This document shows positions 4,983 through 6,784 of a stretch of 6,784 nt of DNA, piece after piece. The stretch is from an uncultured Erysipelotrichaceae bacterium (GTDB lineage Bacteria > Bacillota_I > Bacilli_A > Erysipelotrichales > Erysipelotrichaceae): the NCBI GenBank assembly GCA_964457525.1, contig CAYWGS010000079.1, positions 1 through 6,784 of the forward strand, written 5' to 3'. The position numbers were made by a program, and so were the translations under genes. Below the pieces are notes generated by a model. That model searched no databases and was not told where the DNA came from. It saw nothing but the letters and a program-made list of their open reading frames with translations. The first letter of the stretch is position 1. Each line of letters begins with the position of its first letter.

Positions 4983-6672
4983 CTTGAGACCAGTTCAATT
5001 CAACTGGTTTTATTTTGTATACATCCTTTTCTAAGATGATAGTATAACTTGCATTTTCAAGTGTAGCAGTACCTTCTTTTGAACTATACTTCGCATTCAC
5101 TTGAGCTGTATAGGTATTATCTTCATTCTTATTAACACTGAGTATTTCATAATTCTTCAAAACAAACTCAGATTCAATAATCGCACTTGAGAACTCATCA
5201 TAATCCTCTGCACGATCATCCATAGGCGTTAATAAATACTGGTGAGAATATCGTTTAAACAACTGAGCATCTAAGTAACGTTTTAGAGCTTCTTCTGGTG
5301 TTCTTTCTAGAATATCTTCACCTTCTACACGTACATTTGAATTAATCTTGTCTTCATAGAAGAAGCTTAATGGGTAGTAGGTATTACTTGCATTCCAAAT
5401 GATGTATTCATTCAGCCCTAATTCAACACCAGCCGCAATTTGTTTACCAATCGCATCCTCTTCATAAGGGATATAACCCTTAACCCAAGTTGCGGTAAAG
5501 CCTTGGTACCAAGAACGAATGATTGCAGGATTACGTTGAGCTGCATTTCTTTCTAATGCTTCAAGAAGTGCTGTGCGAACGACTTCATATGGATATTGAT
5601 CCGGTACATTAAATCCATAGAAACCAGAACCATAATGACTTGGATAAATCATTGGACAAATGTATTCCGTACTATTCGCAATCATACGCCATGTTTGACC
5701 AATATCTTCTGGTTTATCATCCCATGAATGGGTCACAACACCAAATACATCGGCAGAAACATGAACATTATATGGATCGAGTTTTTCACGTGCATAGAGT
5801 AAGAAATCACGTATTGCTTCATCTTTGTCACGATCATTTCGACCAGGGAAATACGTAATCGGATTATAGTATTTTGCATTATCTGGGAAACGTACATAGT
5901 CGTATTGGATTTCATCAAATCCTCGTAATGCGGCTTCTTGTGAAACCGAAATAACATAATCCCAAACATATTGATCAAATGGATTAACCCAAGCAAATCC
6001 TGAACGATCTAGATAGACACCACCACTATTCAATTGAATCGCATGATCCGGATTATTCTTCGCAAAGAAGGGATCTTTAAATGCCACAATACGTGCAATG
6101 GTATAGATTTCTTTTTCTTTGAGATAATTCATCAATGTATCAAAATCCTTCATGGGTGTATTCCAATTGGATCCAACACGATTAACAATCTCAACATCAC
6201 TTTTCCAAGCAACCAATCCTTCATCATTCTTAACATCAATTACCAAAGCATTGATTTCAGTTGCTTCCGCAATGCCAAGAATCTTTTCTAATTTATTGAC
6301 TTGATCTAAGCGAGACTCATCAAAAGACTCACCATTTTTAAGTGCTAAGATATAGTTTTTATAATATTCGATATCATCAAGATTGAATGGAAAACCAGCC
6401 ACATTGGATGTAACATAGAGTGCTTTTGCCTCTACTGTCACAAGTTCATTTTCTTGATCAATCGCTGGAAGCGGAACGTAAAACTCACCTAACTCCGTTT
6501 TTCGCGTTTCTTCAAGTAAGCGTCTTTCTTCCACCAACTTCTCATACGCTTCTTTATCTAATTCTTCTTGAGTAGGACCTTCTTCAGTAGGAACATTTGG
6601 AGTATCAACTTTTGAACAAGCTGTAAATACCATTAATCCTAATAAAACAATAATTAACCAATTTTTCTTCAT
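4978..6672 (-). CDS. Lipoprotein with a putative glycoside-hydrolase TIM-barrel domain (DUF4015/GH-like family) and a C-terminal accessory domain
   Basis: I place the start at ATG 6672-6670 (MKKNWLIIVLLGLMVFTAC...), not the ORF-track 6723, because the 17-codon extension overlaps the end of an upstream ORF and has no signal-peptide logic. Stop TAG at 4980-4978. The core carries motifs I associate with the DUF4015 putative glycosyl-hydrolase family: KALYVTS, INALVIDVKNDEG, YTIARIVAFKD, WVNPF, GFDEIQYDYVRFP, VSADVFG, ICPMIYPSHY. The family assignment is from memory and unverified. Confidence 0.8.
   Translation of the reverse strand: MKKNWLIIVLLGLMVFTACSKVDTPNVPTEEGPTQEELDKEAYEKLVEERRLLEETRKTELGEFYVPLPAIDQENELVTVEAKALYVTSNVAGFPFNLDDIEYYKNYILALKNGESFDESRLDQVNKLEKILGIAEATEINALVIDVKNDEGLVAWKSDVEIVNRVGSNWNTPMKDFDTLMNYLKEKEIYTIARIVAFKDPFFAKNNPDHAIQLNSGGVYLDRSGFAWVNPFDQYVWDYVISVSQEAALRGFDEIQYDYVRFPDNAKYYNPITYFPGRNDRDKDEAIRDFLLYAREKLDPYNVHVSADVFGVVTHSWDDKPEDIGQTWRMIANSTEYICPMIYPSHYGSGFYGFNVPDQYPYEVVRTALLEALERNAAQRNPAIIRSWYQGFTATWVKGYIPYEEDAIGKQIAAGVELGLNEYIIWNASNTYYPLSFFYEDKINSNVRVEGEDILERTPEEALKRYLDAQLFKRYSHQYLLTPMDDRAEDYDEFSSAIIESEFVLKNYEILSVNKNEDNTYTAQVNAKYSSKEGTATLENASYTIILEKDVYKIKPVELNWSQE
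6616..6672 (-). other. Lipoprotein signal peptide with lipobox (cleavage before Cys19)
   Basis: MKKNWLIIVLLGLMVFTA|C has a basic n-region, a hydrophobic core and an F-T-A-C lipobox. The Cys codon tgt is at 6618-6616. An acidic low-complexity linker follows (SKVDTPNVPTEEGPTQEELDKE...). Confidence 0.7.
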
Positions 6673-6685
6673 AATTTCTCTCAAT

Positions 6686-6784
6686 CTATTGTCTAGGATA
6701 AGTATACAATTCTTTAGATTCATTTATTGTTAACTTATCCACCAAGTCTTCAGGAATCGTAATAATATCTGGATTGCCATCACT
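6686..6784 (-). CDS. Probable 3' end of an upstream gene (partial; runs off the window), product unknown
   Basis: This ORF is not in the supplied track. The minus-strand frame entering at 6784 stays open for 32 codons (SDGNPDIITIPEDLVDKLTINESKELYTYPRQ) and stops at TAG 6688-6686, 13 nt before the lipoprotein ATG. The other two minus frames stop within a few codons. Open-frame evidence only. Confidence 0.3.
   Translation of the reverse strand, partial: SDGNPDIITIPEDLVDKLTINESKELYTYPRQ

Noticed and set aside
5640-6291. ORFs 5640-5858 (+), 5733-5996 (-, out of frame) and 6034-6291 (+) overlapping the lipoprotein gene
   Set aside because: All sit within the 564-aa hydrolase-like CDS, which carries family motifs in its own frame. 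None has translation signals or recognisable domains.
6673-6723. ORF-track N-terminal extension of the lipoprotein (MNLKNCILILDNRLREI)
   Set aside because: It would place 17 non-signal residues ahead of a textbook lipoprotein signal peptide, and it overlaps the 3' end of the upstream open frame. ATG 6672 is the sensible start.
1-6784. Defence system, prophage, transposon, CRISPR array or other accessory island
   Set aside because: I found no direct or inverted terminal repeats, integrase, transposase or Cas-like motifs, repeat-spacer periodicity, or tRNA attachment site. All ORFs have ordinary metabolic or signalling identities and a uniform AT-rich composition by eye. There is no evidence for such a system here.

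Overview
Low-GC bacterial chromosomal window (mid-30s % GC by eye, not computed; Bacillota-like codon usage), almost entirely coding. It holds five complete genes and a probable gene fragment at the right edge. (1) On the minus strand, a pseudouridine-catabolism pair: psuK at 916-2010, carrying an extra N-terminal winged-helix DNA-binding domain, translationally coupled by an ATGA overlap to psuG at 2-919. (2) A 110-bp divergent control region (2011-2120) with a strong sigma-A-like promoter for psuK, followed by three TGCTTA/TAAGCA half-sites that form two overlapping palindromes next to the psuK ribosome-binding site. (3) On the plus strand, a ScrK-type ROK fructokinase (2121-2996). (4) After a 43-bp terminator-less gap, a membrane protein (3040-4959) with about 7 TM helices, a fully degenerate GGDEF domain and an apparently catalytically complete EAL domain, so a predicted c-di-GMP phosphodiesterase. 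(5) Convergent on the minus strand, a lipoprotein (4978-6672) with a TIM-barrel putative glycoside-hydrolase domain (DUF4015-like) and an extra C-terminal domain. It ends in a hairpin terminator that spans both convergent stop codons. I see no tRNA/rRNA, CRISPR array, transposase, integrase, long repeat or recognisable defence module. This looks like core metabolic and signalling DNA. The items most worth follow-up are the HTH-PsuK fusion with its candidate operator array, and the unassigned 7-TM sensor / degenerate GGDEF / EAL protein next to a secreted polysaccharide-hydrolase-like lipoprotein. All family assignments come from motif recognition by eye; no database search was run.
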